In this document: positions 29,507 to 46,650 of the stretch, one piece after another
Layout: each line of letters begins with the position of its first letter
How positions within the stretch are numbered: the stretch's first letter is position 1
Origin: Octopus vulgaris
Taxonomy: Eukaryota
Length of the DNA stretch: 64,000 bases
Assembly: GCA_951406725.2 (NCBI GenBank)
Contig: OX597818.1
Location: forward strand, 110,360,001 to 110,424,000
Reading direction: 5' to 3'
Notes under the pieces: model-generated
The model's input: only the letters and a program-made list of their open reading frames with translations
The model's database searches: none
What the model was told of the DNA's origin: nothing
Position numbers and translations under genes: made by a program

Positions 29507-30821
29507 GTTTTGCGTGCGTGCATCACACACAAATTCACACACACAGTGGTTTGAATTTACATACGAGAGAAGTAGTACTCCTTCCAAGTTGCTGAGTTTA
29601 TTCGTTCGAAGCTATTCACTCCGTCTCTGCTCGGTGCTTCACGCTATACTTAACAGTGAGTACGGACAGAGAGGCCACTACACACTTATAGGTATACATA
29701 CACAATCAATGTATATATGAATGAATGAATGTATGTATGTATGTATGTATGTATGCAAGTAGGTACGTATGGTTTAATAAATACGTGTGTGTGATGTGTG
29801 TGTGTGTGTTGTGTATGTGTGTGTTGTGTGTGTGTGTGTGTTGTGTGTGTGTGTTGTGAGTGTGTGTGTTGTGTGTGTATGTGTCGTATGTGTGTATGTT
29901 GTGTGTGTATTGTGTGTTTTGTGTGTATGTGTGTGGTTGTTGTGTTGTGTGCGTTGTGTGTGTGAGTTGTGTGTGTGTGTGCTGCGTGCGCGTGTGTGTG
30001 TGTGTGAATACAAAAACCCAAAACACAATGAGACAGATGCCCTGGCTGAATGGCAGAATGAAATCTTGTTGTCGAACCGGTGTTCGCATGTGAAGGTGAC
30101 TAGATGGATGTTTTAAACGGGTGGTTAATTATTTGTTAAGTGGGTAATTATCGATTGATAGATTACTTGAATGAATGATTGAGGCAGTGAATCAGTGGAA
30201 TAAAGGAAGAACAGTAGCAGGATATATCTCTGAAACTGTGTGACTGTGTTGATCTGAAAAGAATAAAGTAACTTAGCCGTGTTTGTATAAAATTAAGTCG
30301 CCGTGGGATCAACGAGCACTTGCAGGCATTGATGTTTTCGCTCGGCTTGTCGGATACAACTACCCCCCAAATCACACCCTAATTATTTTTAAAAGCTTTA
30401 TTAAATAATATAACCTGTAGCTTGAAAAACAAAAAGGACTGGATGGCCACAACAGGAAGGCTTTTTTCTCAGAGATTTGCTCAATAAGGGCTGGCCGATG
30501 GCTAAACAACAACGATGTTAAAAGATTGTTAAATGGAACGGTGACAATTCCCAAGACTCCGTTTCGACTTTTTTTTTACGTATAATTGCCCTCAAATAAT
30601 AGCCTATTCCTTTAGAATAATGGAAGGACATATCGGATTAAGTTCAACAAGGTGTAGGAAAACATAGATGAGAGGGTCACGGCTGGAGAATATTTGATAG
30701 TAGATCTGTTTGTCTGTTGGTGGAGAAAAACTTGACAACATGTTACACATATAACAAGGATGCACTTGCGTAGAATTATATACATACATACATACATGCA
30801 TACATAAATACACACACACAT

Positions 30822-30891
<70 letters not shown>

Positions 30892-31012
30892 ACGGTTGGA
30901 TGGATATAGATGTAGATATCTTTAAAAATATAATTTACCAGAAAAAATAGATATCAAGAAAAATATCTACATTCTCCATTCTGTTATCCACCGCAAATAA
31001 TGATAATAATAA

Positions 31013-31082
<70 letters not shown>

Positions 31083-31170
31083 GTAATAAGAATAACAATA
31101 ATAATAATAATAACAATAATGATAATAATAATGACGACGACGACGACGACGATGATGATGATGGTGATGG

Positions 31171-31204
<34 letters not shown>

Positions 31205-31684
31205 GATGATGATGATGATGATGATGATATAACCAACAATAAACATCAGCTATGATACAGTGAGACAACAGCGTGACCAAAGTATCTAAATGTAGTTTAA
31301 AACTGAACACTCCCACACGCATATAACTTATGTTTGTGTGTGTGTGTTTGCGTTTATGCTTGTGTGTGTGTGTGTTTAATCTGCAACCAGCCTCATAGTA
31401 ATAGCAACAAATAACTATAAAACAAGTGACCCCGGGGACGACTGTTCACAGCACACACCCAGACATGAAACCAACATTAAGCAAGCAGAAGGCCTCAATA
31501 TTGGAGTTTGACCTTAAAGGAGTAACAGCCAAATTGCCCCAAATTAAACCCTTCAGTCAGAAAACAGAAACAGAAAAGGGCCCAATAATTAATCTAGTAC
31601 ATATGAAAAGAAATGAAGATACAGAACGGTTATTTTACGGTTGAACCCTGTTGATCAATGAACCTCAACATGGGTTGGGGTGTA

Positions 31685-31893
31685 CGAGAGGGTGTTGAAA
31701 AGTTCCTGGCTTTTAAGGGTGTCGCGAAAGGCCTGCCTGGAGACCCAACCTTCCGAGTTCTTTTACAGGGCTTAGAAAAACTGAAGGATCGCTGCAGGAA
31801 TCTGAGAAGGGAATGTGTTTAATAAAATCATAATTATCTGACCCTCGTGTGTTTTCTTTTGCCAAAAGCCAGGAACTTTTCATCACTCCCTAG
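31685..31893 (+). mobile_element. mariner-derived MITE
   Basis: TIRs cgagagggtgttgaaaagttcctggctttt / aaaagccaggaacttttcatcactccctag with TA duplication. Interior FFLQGLEKLKDRC resembles a mariner transposase C-terminus. Confidence 0.85.
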
Positions 31894-32463
31894 TATGACA
31901 ACAGTAAAAAACCATTAAGGGAACGTCTAGTAGAGTAGAACAATGTGCTAGTAATAGCAACCAAATGTCATTTTTCTTCTTAAAGAGGGTACTATATATT
32001 GGACAACTAGCAATTGTACCCGATCTTGCTTGAATTTATAGGACGTATAAAGAGAACACATACGACCTGTGACCTAGTCTTTGACAAAATCGCAACTGTT
32101 TAGGAGCAATAGGACGGCTTGCAACTTATAACATTCACTCGGACATAATAAGATGGACAAAATAACAGATTCGCCTTGTTGCTTGTAAATCTGCTTGTTC
32201 AAGAACGATCCCGCAACCAAACAACAACAGCGGTTAGTTTCTCACCGATTCTAAGGACGGACCCAATAAACATTGGTTCAATTAGAAGCTGAATGGAAGA
32301 GCACAGGGAGAAGTATATTCGTATTTGTAACAGAATCAGGGATGCTTGACAGCCGGAATCCTCTTTCGATACAAGTCTGTTCGAATAAGTCCGACCCGAC
32401 TCTGAACAACTACAGCAAAATAACAATAGTAATGTGCGTGTGTGTGTGTGTGTGTGTAGATAA

Positions 32464-32604
<141 letters not shown>

Positions 32605-32759
32605 CAGACAGGTGGATGGATAGATAGATAGATACATACGTACATACATAGATAAATAGATAGATAAATAGATAGATAGATACTGATTTAAATATTCATA
32701 CAGATGGACAGACAGAAATAGAAAGATATAAGGACAGATAGAAGGCTGCAGGAATAAAT

Positions 32760-32822
<63 letters not shown>

Positions 32823-33543
32823 AATATATATATAATGCAGAAAAGACTTGCTATAGTAGTAAGATTTCAAAATAGGGAGCATAGAAGATAATAAAGAAAG
32901 GAAGAAGCTGGATTTCATGCCCAAAACAGATGAAGGTTAAACCTACCTTAGCTTTGCCTGTCATGAAATATTGGGGCTGAAGTGGTCAGCGATGCGAACA
33001 GCGGTTATAAACACGGTCCATTGTAAAATGCCAAGACGCGAGCATTACACGTGCTCATCACCATCATAGTCATCATCATAATCGCCGTCATCATAAGCAT
33101 CATCATAGTCGTACGTAGTCTGGTAAGCGTCGTCGTCGCAGCTGTGGTGTTGGTCGTCGTCGTCGTCGTCGTCGTCGTGTAGACCGGCGTCATCGTCGCT
33201 GTCATCATTGTCCTTTAAGTGAAGAACGACATCAACGCCACAACAACAACGACAACAAGAGCAACAGCAACAACAACAACGACAACAGCAAGCAAACGTA
33301 GAAAACAAACTAACAAGTCATTGGGAACCTCCTGCTGCTGCTGGTGTTGCTGCTGATGCTGTTGTTGTTGTAGATGTTATTAACGATGATGATGATGATG
33401 ATGATGATGTTGATGATGATGTTGATGAGGATAAAGATGATGATGATGACGATGATGATGATAAATCCGAAGCTGGAGCTTAAAGGTGTCCAAGAGAGAA
33501 ATATAATTGCATATATATATATATATGTGTGTGTGTATATATA

Positions 33544-33612
<69 letters not shown>

Positions 33613-33770
33613 ATATATATGTGTGTGTGTGTATGTATGTACACTACACAGATAGAGAAAGAGAGAGAGAGAGAGCACGATGCAGAAATACAACTTCGGT
33701 GGCTGTCACAGACTCGCGAAATAACAACACAAGCAGCAGCAACAGCAGCAGCGGTGGCAGCAGCAGCGGC

Positions 33771-33808
<38 letters not shown>

Positions 33809-34045
33809 ATGCTGCAGTATCAACACGAGCGCAGGCAAGGGCAGCGCTATGTGTGGCAGCAGCGGCTGCTGGAGCACCTTGCAATCGTATCAACAGAACA
33901 ACAACAACAACAAAAAAATCCCCACTTTGCTGGTTTTAGCGGCGGCGATGGCGGTGGCGAACAGCAGCAGCAGTAGTAGTAGAAGGGAGAGTGACAGACA
34001 CGCTAGGAAGAGTAAGAGAAGCGGAGTGTTTCTCGGAAGAGAGCA

Positions 34046-34076
<31 letters not shown>

Positions 34077-34142
34077 TGTGATCGAAAAATACTCGCTGTA
34101 GCAGCAAATTTAACTACAATGTCTTGTACTAGCAGCAGCAGC

Positions 34143-34195
<53 letters not shown>

Positions 34196-34214
34196 CAGCA
34201 GTAGTAGTAGTAGC

Positions 34215-34252
<38 letters not shown>

Positions 34253-34397
34253 AAGAAGGTTTGCTCTCGTCCTTCTTTCCCTGTTGCTGAGAAAGTATAA
34301 AAAAAAGGGAGGGACTTGATACTGGGGAGAAGGGATTCCGGTGTGTGGGGGGGCTGAGTTAGCTGTGATGGGGGTGGTCGTGGTGACGGTAGCGATA

Positions 34398-34440
<43 letters not shown>

Positions 34441-35273
34441 TGTAGTAGTAGTAGCAGCAGCAGCAGTGGTAGTGGTAGTAGTTATAGTTGTAGCGGTGAT
34501 GGTGGTAGTGGTGGTGGTACTGCTGCTGCTGCTGGTGATGGTGAAACTGTTGTGAGGATTCTGTTGGTGTTGGCACTGGTGCGTGGTGGTAGTGTTGCTT
34601 GTGGTAGCAATAACAGTGGTGCCACGGCGCTGGCGGTTTCGGTGGTAGTGCTGACGATGGTGATGATGGTGGAATGTAATTGTTGATCGTCTCAGAGATG
34701 CTAATTGTGACGGAAGAGTCGGTGATGGCGCTGAGGAATTATGGCAATGGAACAATTACAAGAGATAGTCATAGAGTTTCTGGTGCTGTTAGAATTGGAA
34801 GCGGTGGGGGTAGACTATGCACTACAGAGCGGCGAAGTCTTAAGGCTGTTGATGGAACCAGTCATAGAATCGTTACCATTGACAGAAGAAGCACAATTGC
34901 CTTCTCAATCTTTACTTTTAGAAGTAATCTGAACTACTTACGACTTTTTGTCTGTCGCCAGTATCATTCCGTAGACGCGACACATGTGCCTATGCGGAGC
35001 ATCAAAGGTGTGCGTGCGCGTGTGTATTATAATGCATTTTAATGGCGACTTTAGTAAACCGGTGATCAACGATGTTATCAACTGGGTTTTGAAAGTTATC
35101 TTGGTTATATGATATAGTCTTATGTTTATACATCAAATCTGTATATAGATATATGTATATGTCTCTTCCTTTCAATTTCCATCTCTCCATCTCACTCTCT
35201 GGCACCCTCTCTTTCTCTCTCTCTCTCTTCATATATATAAGCATATATATATATGTATACATATACATTTACG

Positions 35274-35340
<67 letters not shown>

Positions 35341-35465
35341 TGAACATACAATAACAGCCATACCAACAATCCATTACACCCACATCATCAGCTCACCCCA
35401 TGTATATAATATATATAAGTGTATATATACATGTATATATTTATGAAAGCTTTATGTGAATACGT

Positions 35466-35544
<79 letters not shown>

Positions 35545-35615
35545 ATATGTATATATGTATATATGTATACATACACACACATATATGTATGTGTATATAT
35601 TCATAGATAGATATA

Positions 35616-35659
<44 letters not shown>

Positions 35660-36314
35660 TACGTATATACATCTATATATGCATATATATACACATCTAT
35701 ATATATATATATATATACACATACACATCTATATATATATATATACATCTATATATATATTGTTCATTTAAAATCTTTACAATTGTTTCGACACATTTTT
35801 ACACTTATAGTATATCGGTGAGACCTTGTGTAATTATTACCATCCCCCGAAGGTGTAAAATACACCTCCTTCTTTAAATCCTACTGTCTTTTTGACCCAT
35901 TCTCACACTGTCTGCATTTTCAGTGGGGTCTAATGAAGAACTTATTTAAGCAATCACCCGGGAGGTTGTTTTAATAACTTCCTATATCCACATTATTTCT
36001 TATATTATTGTATATGGCGCTAAGGTGTCGTAAACTTAGAACAGAACATAAATTAACCATTAACACTTTTGTATAACTTGGGTCACCTTGTGCGCGTGTA
36101 TATATACAAAAAATATCTTTGTTAGAAATAGAACAGCAGCACTGTTTATATACAGAAATCGACGCAGTTCAGCGCGGTGTAAAATATTTTGATAAAAATA
36201 TTATGGCTTCTGCGGCTATTCAATTATTTCATTTCTTTCAAGACTTTCCTCTAAAAAAAAAAAAATCACTCCACCTGTCCAGTTTAAACTGGATTTCTTT
36301 TTTGTTTCAGACAC

Positions 36315-36409
<95 letters not shown>

Positions 36410-36492
36410 GAACTTCCAACTTGTTGTCTCTTGAGGTCTCTGGATGAGACTTGGAGTCAACTTGTTCAAATGTAAAGCAAAAGTCAAACATA
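36410..36492 (+). mobile_element. Extremely truncated R4/Dong 3' end
   Basis: gaacttccaacttgttgtctcttgaggtctctgg...aaagcaaaagtcaaacat matches the 3' terminus of the larger copies; embedded in (AAT)n. Confidence 0.9.
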
Positions 36493-36497
36493 TAATG

Positions 36498-36594
<97 letters not shown>

Positions 36595-36609
36595 CAATAA
36601 TAATAAAAA

Positions 36610-38410
36610 TATTTTAAAAATATAAAAAATATAAATCATCTCATTTACATGGATGATTGTCCTCTTTGCAAAAAATGACCAACAACTCAAGGGCTTACTA
36701 GAGATTGTTAAACAATTCAGTGATAACATCAGAATGCAATTTGGCCTCGATAAATGTGCAAAAGCTACCTTTATCAAAGGAAAAAATGACAGAAACATCT
36801 AACGTTAACCTTGACCAGCAGAATTTCATAAAAGAATTAGACCCAGCGGAGAACTACAAGTATCTAGGGGTAATTGAAGGAGACGGAATAAGGCATTCAG
36901 AGATGAAGGAAAGGATCAGGAGAGAATGTTATCGCAGAGTAAGAGCAATACTCAAGACAGAGCTGAATGCGAGAAACAGGATCGAAGCGATCAATGCATT
37001 AGCCATACCAGTCGTGACTTACAGTTTCAATATCGTTAACTGGTCAATTACTGAAATATGTAATCTTGACAGAAAAATACGAAAACTGTTGACAATGCAT
37101 AGAATGCACCACCCTAAGGCATATACAGAACGACTGTATCTGCCAAGAAAAGAGGGAGGCCGTGGACTTTTACAACTGGCAATAAAAATGAAGATTGCTA
37201 CAATTGGCCTAGACACCTACCTGAAAAACTCTGAGAACTGGATGTTAAAACTTGTCTCAAAACATGAAAACAAGAAAGCATCATACTCAGTAACAAAACA
37301 GGCAAAGGAATATCTAAGTGAATTTCGAATACAACAAATTTCGGAATTAGAGATAGACATACAAGAAACAGGCACAGAAAAAGCTAAGCGCATGAAAACC
37401 CGTGCTAAATCTGCGGCCTTAGATATTCTGAATGATAAATGGCAAGAAAAACCTCTCTATGGCAAATACCCAAAGAGAGCGAATAATGCAGATGTTGACA
37501 AAGCCCTGACCCATCAATGGCTAATGGCCTCTGGCTTAAAATCTGAAACAGAAGGGTTCATCATAGCAGCTCAAGATCAATGCCTACCAACAAGAAACTA
37601 CCAGGCCAACATAAAAAAGAACGGCAGTAGCCCAACATGTGTATGTCAACAGCAAAATGAAACCATTGATCATGTTGTCTCCAAGTGCAGTCTTCTAGCG
37701 CCTACGAGTATCTCAACAGGCATGATAGAGCTGCACAATATATTCACTGGGTAATTTGCAAAAACCTGGATTTGCCCCATGAAAAAAAAACTGGTGGGAA
37801 CACAAACCACCTCCAGTGCTTCAAAATGACCACATCTCACTCCTCTGGAACTTCACCATTCAAACTGACAGAAAGATAGATGCAAATAGGCCAGACATCA
37901 CATTGAAAGACTTCAGACAAAGAACATGCCTCCTCATTGATATGACTGTCCCAATCGATATAAACGTATCTGTCAAGACCTACCAAAAATTGAGCAAATA
38001 TAAAGATCTTGAAATAGAAATCAGCAAATGTGGAACCTGAAGACTAAAACAATACCTGTTGTCATAGGTGCCCTGGGAATGATAGCGAAAGGGGCTGATT
38101 GCTACCTAACTCAGATACCAGGAAACCCCAAAATGGCAGAAATTCAAAAGAGAGTGCTCAAGGGAACTGCTCATATCATACGCAAAATACTTTCTATGTA
38201 ATCTCAGTGTTTAAAACAAACACAATTTTCGTTTTTGTTTATTTATATTTTTTTAGACATTCACTAGTACAACGCCAAAATAAAACAAATATATGGCACA
38301 TTAGGCATAACAACAACAACATGAACTTCCAGCCTGTTGTCTCTTGAGGTCTCTGGGTGAGACATGGAGCCAACTTGTACAAATATAAAGCAAAAGTCAA
38401 ACATAGTATC
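36610..38410 (+). mobile_element. R4/Dong-clade RLE non-LTR retrotransposon, 5'-truncated, frameshifted
   Basis: HLIYMDD, QFGLDKCA, YKYLGV (RT motifs 5-7), RLYLPRKEGGRGL, CxC...ETIDHVVSKC zinc knuckle, RHD, NRPDI, LIDMTVP, KLSKY (PD-D/E-xK restriction-like endonuclease); flanked by (AAT)n. Confidence 0.95.
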
Positions 38411-38474
<64 letters not shown>

Positions 38475-38669
38475 CAACAACAATAATAATATTAAAACAG
38501 AAAAGTAGTAGGAGTGAAAATTGGGAAAGGCGTGAGGTATTATTTGGAGAACAATGCTGAATCTTTTACTTAGCGATATGACTGTTTAATATTTCGTTGT
38601 GTAGGAGTTAAGAAACGTTTTTTCAGCCATTTTAGTGTAGATTCGATTTTCTATAATGATCTTTTACCT

Positions 38670-38870
38670 TCTACTTGCTCACTTCTTTCAGTCATTAGAC
38701 TGCAGCCATGCTGGGGCAACAACTTGAAGAATTTTTAGACGAATGAATCGACCTCAGTTCTTTATATCTATTTATTTAATTCATAGTCTGGTAATTATTC
38801 TATCGGTCCCTTTTGCCAAACCGCTAAGTTACAGGTGTAAGCGGCTGTCAAGTGATGGTGGGGGCAAACA
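38670..38870 (-). mobile_element. Family 1 SINE 3' fragment
   Basis: gtcattagactgcagccatgctggggcaac...tatcggtcccttttgccaaaccgctaagttac. A similar fragment lies at 56150-56275. Confidence 0.7.
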
Positions 38871-38960
38871 TAGTTACAAATAAGGACGTAGATACATAAG
38901 TGCGCGCGCGCAAGTGTGAGTGTATGAATAGAGATGACAAAGGAATAAATGAACTTCATT

Positions 38961-39041
38961 AGCTTACAGCTGTTTCGGATGTTAGATGCAGTGGGCTCAT
39001 ATTTGAGTGCCTGAGTAACACCTTACATTTTCACCAGAGCC
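38961..39041 (-). ncRNA. Degenerate type I hammerhead-like motif
   Basis: Minus strand: ggct-CTGGTGA-aaatgt...acatcc-GAAAC-AGCT-GTA-agct; palindromic ACAGCTGT stem III. Confidence 0.55.
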
Positions 39042-39414
39042 TCAAACATAAAATGCAATTTACTTAGGAATATAAATTCATTTAAGCATACATAGAAGAA
39101 GGCATTACCAAAGAGAAAGCAAATATGTTGGGGTCGAAATCCAGGGGCTCCTCCCACAATCAGAATAAGATTAATTCTAAGGTACGGATAGTGATGGATA
39201 TATGCAGAAATAAAGAATAAATAGATCTATAAGTAAGGATATATATATATATTGATAGAAATGGTAAGACCAAAAAAGAATGAAAGAGACCTCGATATTA
39301 TGTAAATAGAGGAATTTATCAGTAAATATATGTGACAATTATTCGGTAGCCATAACAAAACTTGCTTTCTATATTGTGTTCACGTACAAGCTTTTTATCT
39401 CTCTATACTTTTTA

Positions 39415-39452
<38 letters not shown>

Positions 39453-39464
39453 TGATTGATTGAT

Positions 39465-39496
<32 letters not shown>

Positions 39497-39702
39497 GATT
39501 ATTTTACTCCCCTACGACTACGAATTTATTTTCGGCAGTATTATTTTGTGACTCACGTGGTAAAGAATTCTGGAGGGAAATACGAATTCACTTGTCTATA
39601 TAAATGTGGATATGCTGATTAGCTTCTGTATGCCCCGATGTCGCCTGGTCGGAAATATGGAGCGTAAGATTTCCTAGCATTTCAAGATTTATTTACCGGA
39701 AT

Positions 39703-39760
39703 ATTATGTTGATAAAGGAAATGAATCTTTGATTCTAATCCAGAATCGTACGTCCATAAT
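39703..39760 (+). ncRNA. Degenerate type I hammerhead-like motif
   Basis: attatg-TTGATAA-agga...tcca-GAATC-GTAC-GTC-cataat; perfect 6-bp stem I, several core substitutions. Confidence 0.45.
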
Positions 39761-39900
39761 TGACTGTGGACTGTTTGATTTCGTTATTTTTCCTCTTTTT
39801 TTGCCACAATGAGTTACAAATACTGTTGTCTGTGGAGACATATTTTTGTAGTAAAAGAAATAACAGTCCTCTGGCTGCTAATACTTTCGGTATGTGGTCT

Positions 39901-40162
<262 letters not shown>

Positions 40163-41063
40163 TTCATCCTTTCACCCCTACTCCCCTTCCCTTCTTCCTC
40201 TTTCTCCCTCCCTCTTCCCCTTCCCTCTGCTCCCTCACTCCCTCTCTCCCTCTTTCCTCCTTCATCCCCCTCCTCCCCTTCCTTCTCCCCCATCCTCTCC
40301 TCTTCCCCCTTCTCCTCCCCCTCTTCTTCCCCTCGCCTTCTCTCCCCCCTCTTCTTCTCCTCACTACACCACATGACTTTACACATCACATCACATATGA
40401 TGTGCCATACTAATACACACACCAACTAATACATACTAATACGTACTAATACATACCAGTACATACTAATACTTACACCAACCCTATACATACACACGTC
40501 CAGACCCGCATACGCACTTATACTCTCTCACACACACACACACACACCTATACATACCAATACGTACTAATACATACTAATACATACTAATACATACACC
40601 AACCCCATACATACGCACGTCCAGACCAATCTTACGCACTAATACTCTCTCATACACACACACACACACACACACCCTTATACATACTAATACATACACC
40701 AACCCTATACATACACACATCCAGACCCCTCCCACGCACTTTTAGCTGGTCCCTCAACCCTTTTATCAACCCTATTATCTCCCCTTATTTCGCTCTCGCG
40801 TCTCATGTTTGATCTTTGACCTCTGGCCGAAATCAGATCGCCATGTTGATTCGTTAGCTACTGCACGCATTTTTTTTTTTTTTTTTTTTTTTCTCTCCTT
40901 CTTTCTGTGTTTTTCTCTCTCTGTGTATCTTTCTGTTGAAGAGCGTAGGCTCGAAACGTTAAAGACTTGTTTTATTTATATTTCCTGAGCGCCATACTAA
41001 TACAATTGTTCGTTTGTTTTCCACCTGCCTTCGTCTTTTGTTTATTTTCATAAAGCTTCCCGT
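40163..41063 (+). mobile_element. Neptune-type PLE 3' UTR copy with hammerhead-like motif (40928-40965)
   Basis: Homologous to 6140-6882; contains internal repeats of about 115 bp (40410-40740); ends in (TA)n. Confidence 0.85.
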
Positions 41064-42266
<1,203 letters not shown>

Positions 42267-45200
42267 CACACACAAAAAATCCAAGCCCCCTGCAACAGTC
42301 AAAACCAGCCACTACACTAACCTCCACATTCCTACTCAATGCACAAGGTGTCAGCCCTTCCATCAATGCACAAAAATGGAAGGTCCAATTCATTGAAGAC
42401 TGGGTTGGTAACCATTCACACCACATCCCTTTCTTCATTCTCACTGAGACCCACCTTGACAACTCCCACTTGGAAGCCGAAGTGAGAGTGAAGAATTTCA
42501 CAACCATCCGCGCGGATCGTATCGGCAGGAGGAAGGGTGGAACTGCCATTTTCCTGCATGATTCATTTACGGCAGATGGAAATAGTATATTCTCCAACGG
42601 CTACTGTGAATCAGTCACCGTGCACAACAAAGCCAATGATCTGACAGTAATTGGGCTCTATAGGCCGCCCCAAACACCCATACTGTGCTTTAAAGAATGC
42701 CTCAACAGCATTAAGTGCTTTATTCAACAGTGCCATTCTAGCAACATACTCATGATGGGAGACTTCAATCTACCCTGTGTTGACTGGACTACAAACTGTT
42801 TGAAACCAAGCACTCCCGCCTCAACCGCTGACAAAGAAGCAGCAGAGTCACTTTTCGACTTTACGAATGAGTTTTTCTTGTCCCAACTTGTCCTTGCACC
42901 AACAAGACATCAGAACATTTTGGACCTAGTGTTTAGTAACCACACTAACACTATACATAACGTTACAGTGGAAAAAACCCTTCTTTCAGACCATGACATG
43001 GTTCTCTGTAACATGAAATTCCACCAGCCGAAAGCTAATCCTAGTGACCTTCCTCCAGCCCACCCATTTGACAACATGGATCTCCATAAAGCCAACTGGG
43101 ATGCAATCAGGAACGAGCTATCAAATGTTGACTGGTCCTTTACACATACACACATCTCCACCAACCATAAAACATCTTGGCAGATCTTTGTAGACACCGT
43201 CACAGACATATGTGCAAAACACTCCCCACCAAGACCTGTGAACAAAAAGTGCAGAATCCCCCAAAACAGAAAAACCATTATCAGAAAAATAAAAAGAACA
43301 AACAAAAAAATTAACAAACTAAAGTACTGCCAACAGCAACACACACATTCGACGGCTATCGCACTGCTTGAATCCAAAAAATATAACCTCCAACAATGCA
43401 TGAAGTCCCTCATCAATAACCAAAGATCAGCTGAGGAGAAGTGGGCCATTGAAAAAATCAAACTCAACCCCAAAGTGTTCTTTTCATTTGCGAGGAAACG
43501 CAGGGTCACTGTCTCCACTGTAGGCCCTCTAATTGACGAAACTGGCACTCTCCAAGATAATGCCAAATCCATGGCCGAGATACTGCAGAAACAATACTGC
43601 TCTGTTTTCAGCAATCCTGATATGGCCGATCTGGGCTGTATCAGTGATGTCAACCCCCAACACACTATATCGGACATAACGTTTAGTGCCCTGATGTCTT
43701 AGCGGCGATAAACGAAATAAAACACAATTCAGCAGTAGGCCCCGATAGGTTCCCTGCTTGTGTCCTGAAGGTGTGTCGACACCAACTTGCATCTCCCCTT
43801 GCTAATCTGTGGAGAAACTCACTGGATGCTGGCTATATTCCAAAAAACCTTCTGTCCCAGTCTGTTGTCCCAGTTTTCAAAAAGGGAAACAAGTCCCTTG
43901 CAGTGAATTACCGTCCGATCTCACTCACCTCTCATATCATCAAGGTATTTGAGAGGGTGGTGAGATCTCAAATAACCCAATTTCTGGAAAGCAACAGACG
44001 GCTGATCTCCAACCAACATGGGTTCCGTAATGGAAGGGACTGCCTAACGCAGCTCCTGCATCACTTTGAGGACATTTTGAGAGCTTTGGGAGAGGGCTCC
44101 AACACCGATGTCATCTACCTTGATTTCAGTAAGGCCTTCGACAGGGTCGATCACAAGATCCTATTGAAAAAACTATCCAACATTGGTGTCTCTGGAAAGT
44201 TACTGAAATGGATTAAGTGTTTCCTGACAGACAGATCTCAACATGTTGTAGTTGAAGGGGTAAAATCAAGCCCAGCCAAAGTCAGTAGTGGCGTTCCGCA
44301 AGGCACTGTGCTGGGCCCACTTCTTTTCATCATTTACATTAATGACATTAATGACATCATCAAGCACAGCAACATAAAAATCTTTGCAGATGACTCCAAG
44401 CTACAGAAGGTCATAAATGAGGCGAGTGACCGGACATGCCTTCAGTCAGATCTACTGGCTGTTATCCAATGGGCAGAAAAAAACAATATGCTGCTGAACG
44501 AGGATAAATTTGAGCTAATCCACTTTGGAAAAGAGGATGCCCTGAAACTCCCATACTCCCTTCCTTCAGGTGAAACTCTCGCGGCGTCCAACAACATCAG
44601 AGACTTGGGAGTAATTGTGGACAACAACGTAAGCTGGGCCACTCATATAAACACCAAAGTTGACATGGCCCGCAGAATGTGTTCCTGGATTCTCAGAACT
44701 TTCCAGTCGAGAGATATCCACACCATTATCCTTCTCTTCTCCACTTTTGCCCGACCCCACCTTGAATACTGTTGTCCACTGTGGTCTCCCCACACAATAC
44801 AAGGTATCAAAAAAGTCGAAGCACCTCAAAGGGCAATCACAAAAAAGATAGATGGCATGACAGGCCTCGACTATTGGGGTCGACTAGAAAAGCTAAAACT
44901 CTATTCTCTCCAACGTCGTCGTGAGCGCTACATCATCTGCATGATGTGGAAAATATTCCATCAGCATTGCCCAAATGATGTTGGCATCACCTTTAAGGTA
45001 CATCCAAGGCTTGGGCCCCGTGCCATCCGCCCAAAACAAAAATCGCACTCTCATCTCATAACAACAATACGGCACAATTATTTCACCTCAATTGGCCCCG
45101 CTCTCTTTAACATTACACCAAAACACATTAAAACAGAAACTGACCCTATAGGGTTCAAGAAGTCTTTGGACAGATTCCTTCAAGAAATCCCGGATAAACC

Positions 45201-45352
45201 CCCTACACCCGGATATGTCTCTGTAAACAATAACTCTCTACTTGAGTGGGCCATAGTGCCCAAATTCTGACTTGAAAGACTTCACCAGGTGGTGCTATTA
45301 AGTTAGACATGGCCTGGGCCAATAATGGCCGAAACCTATCAAAGTATCAAAG

Positions 45353-45764
<412 letters not shown>

Positions 45765-45829
45765 AATTTCCTCTATTTACATAATATTGAGGTCTCTTTC
45801 TTTCTTTTGTTATCTTACCGTTTTATCAA

Positions 45830-45883
<54 letters not shown>

Positions 45884-45884
<1 letters not shown>

Positions 45885-46011
45885 TTTATTTAAATATATA
45901 CAGCAGAAAATTCAACAAAACCTGTTACTCTGAGTTTCCCGTCGCCGTTCAACGGCAACGGAAAAGTCAGAGTAACAAGTTATGTTGAATTTTCTGCTGC
46001 TTTAAATAAAG
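45884..46011. repeat. Diverged fold-back inverted repeat containing the 3' half of a hammerhead
   Basis: cagcagaaaattcaacaaaacctgttactctgagtttcccgtcgccgtt / aacggcaacggaaaagtcagagtaacaagttatgttgaattttctgctg; the minus strand of the left arm reads GAAAC-TCAGA-GTA. Confidence 0.8.
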
Positions 46012-46199
46012 CATATTACTCTACCACTGGTATTTGAGTACTCTTTTTTCCACCTTGTTTCACATTTATGTGTTTACTCCGGTATATATATATATATATA
46101 TATATATATTACATATTTATAGAGATATTGTTTTATAGGTTTATTGCTCGTATATCTTTTACACATATTTTTTCTGTATTCTACCTTCCACCCTGCAGT

Positions 46200-46650
46200 T
46201 TTCCCTTTGCGTATATAGACGTGTATATGGAATCCTTTGTGCGAGCGTGTGGATGTGTGCGTGTGTACGGGTATGTTCGTATATAGACGTTTGTGTGTGT
46301 ACGTACATGCGAGTATGTGCGTATATAGACGTGTTTTACTCATTACCTTTTTTACACATTTTTTATCCATTTTCCTGTATTTTGCCTTTAGCCGTTTTTC
46401 TTGTGCATGTGCGTATAAAGACTTGTGTATGAACCTTTTTTTTTGTGCGCATATGTGTGTGTGCATACGGGTATGTGTGTATATAGACGTGTTTTACTCT
46501 TATTGGTTATTTTTTTATACTTCTTTACACTTTTTTTCTGTATTGTTGCCTTTAACCCTGTTTTTTTGTGCATGTGCGTATATAAACGTGTGTATGAACC
46601 TTTTTGTGCGCGCGTGTGTGTGCGAGCGTGTATGCGGGTATGTATATATA
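46200..46650 (+). repeat. Diverged tandem repeat, unit about 160 bp
   Basis: gtatgtgYgtatatagacgtgttttactc at about 46313 and 46471; ttgtgcatgtgcgtat...gtgtatgaaccttttt also repeats. Confidence 0.75.

Noticed and set aside
42910-43677. 255-aa antisense ORF in the LINE
   Set aside because: Shadow of the ORF2 reading frame; no independent domain signal.
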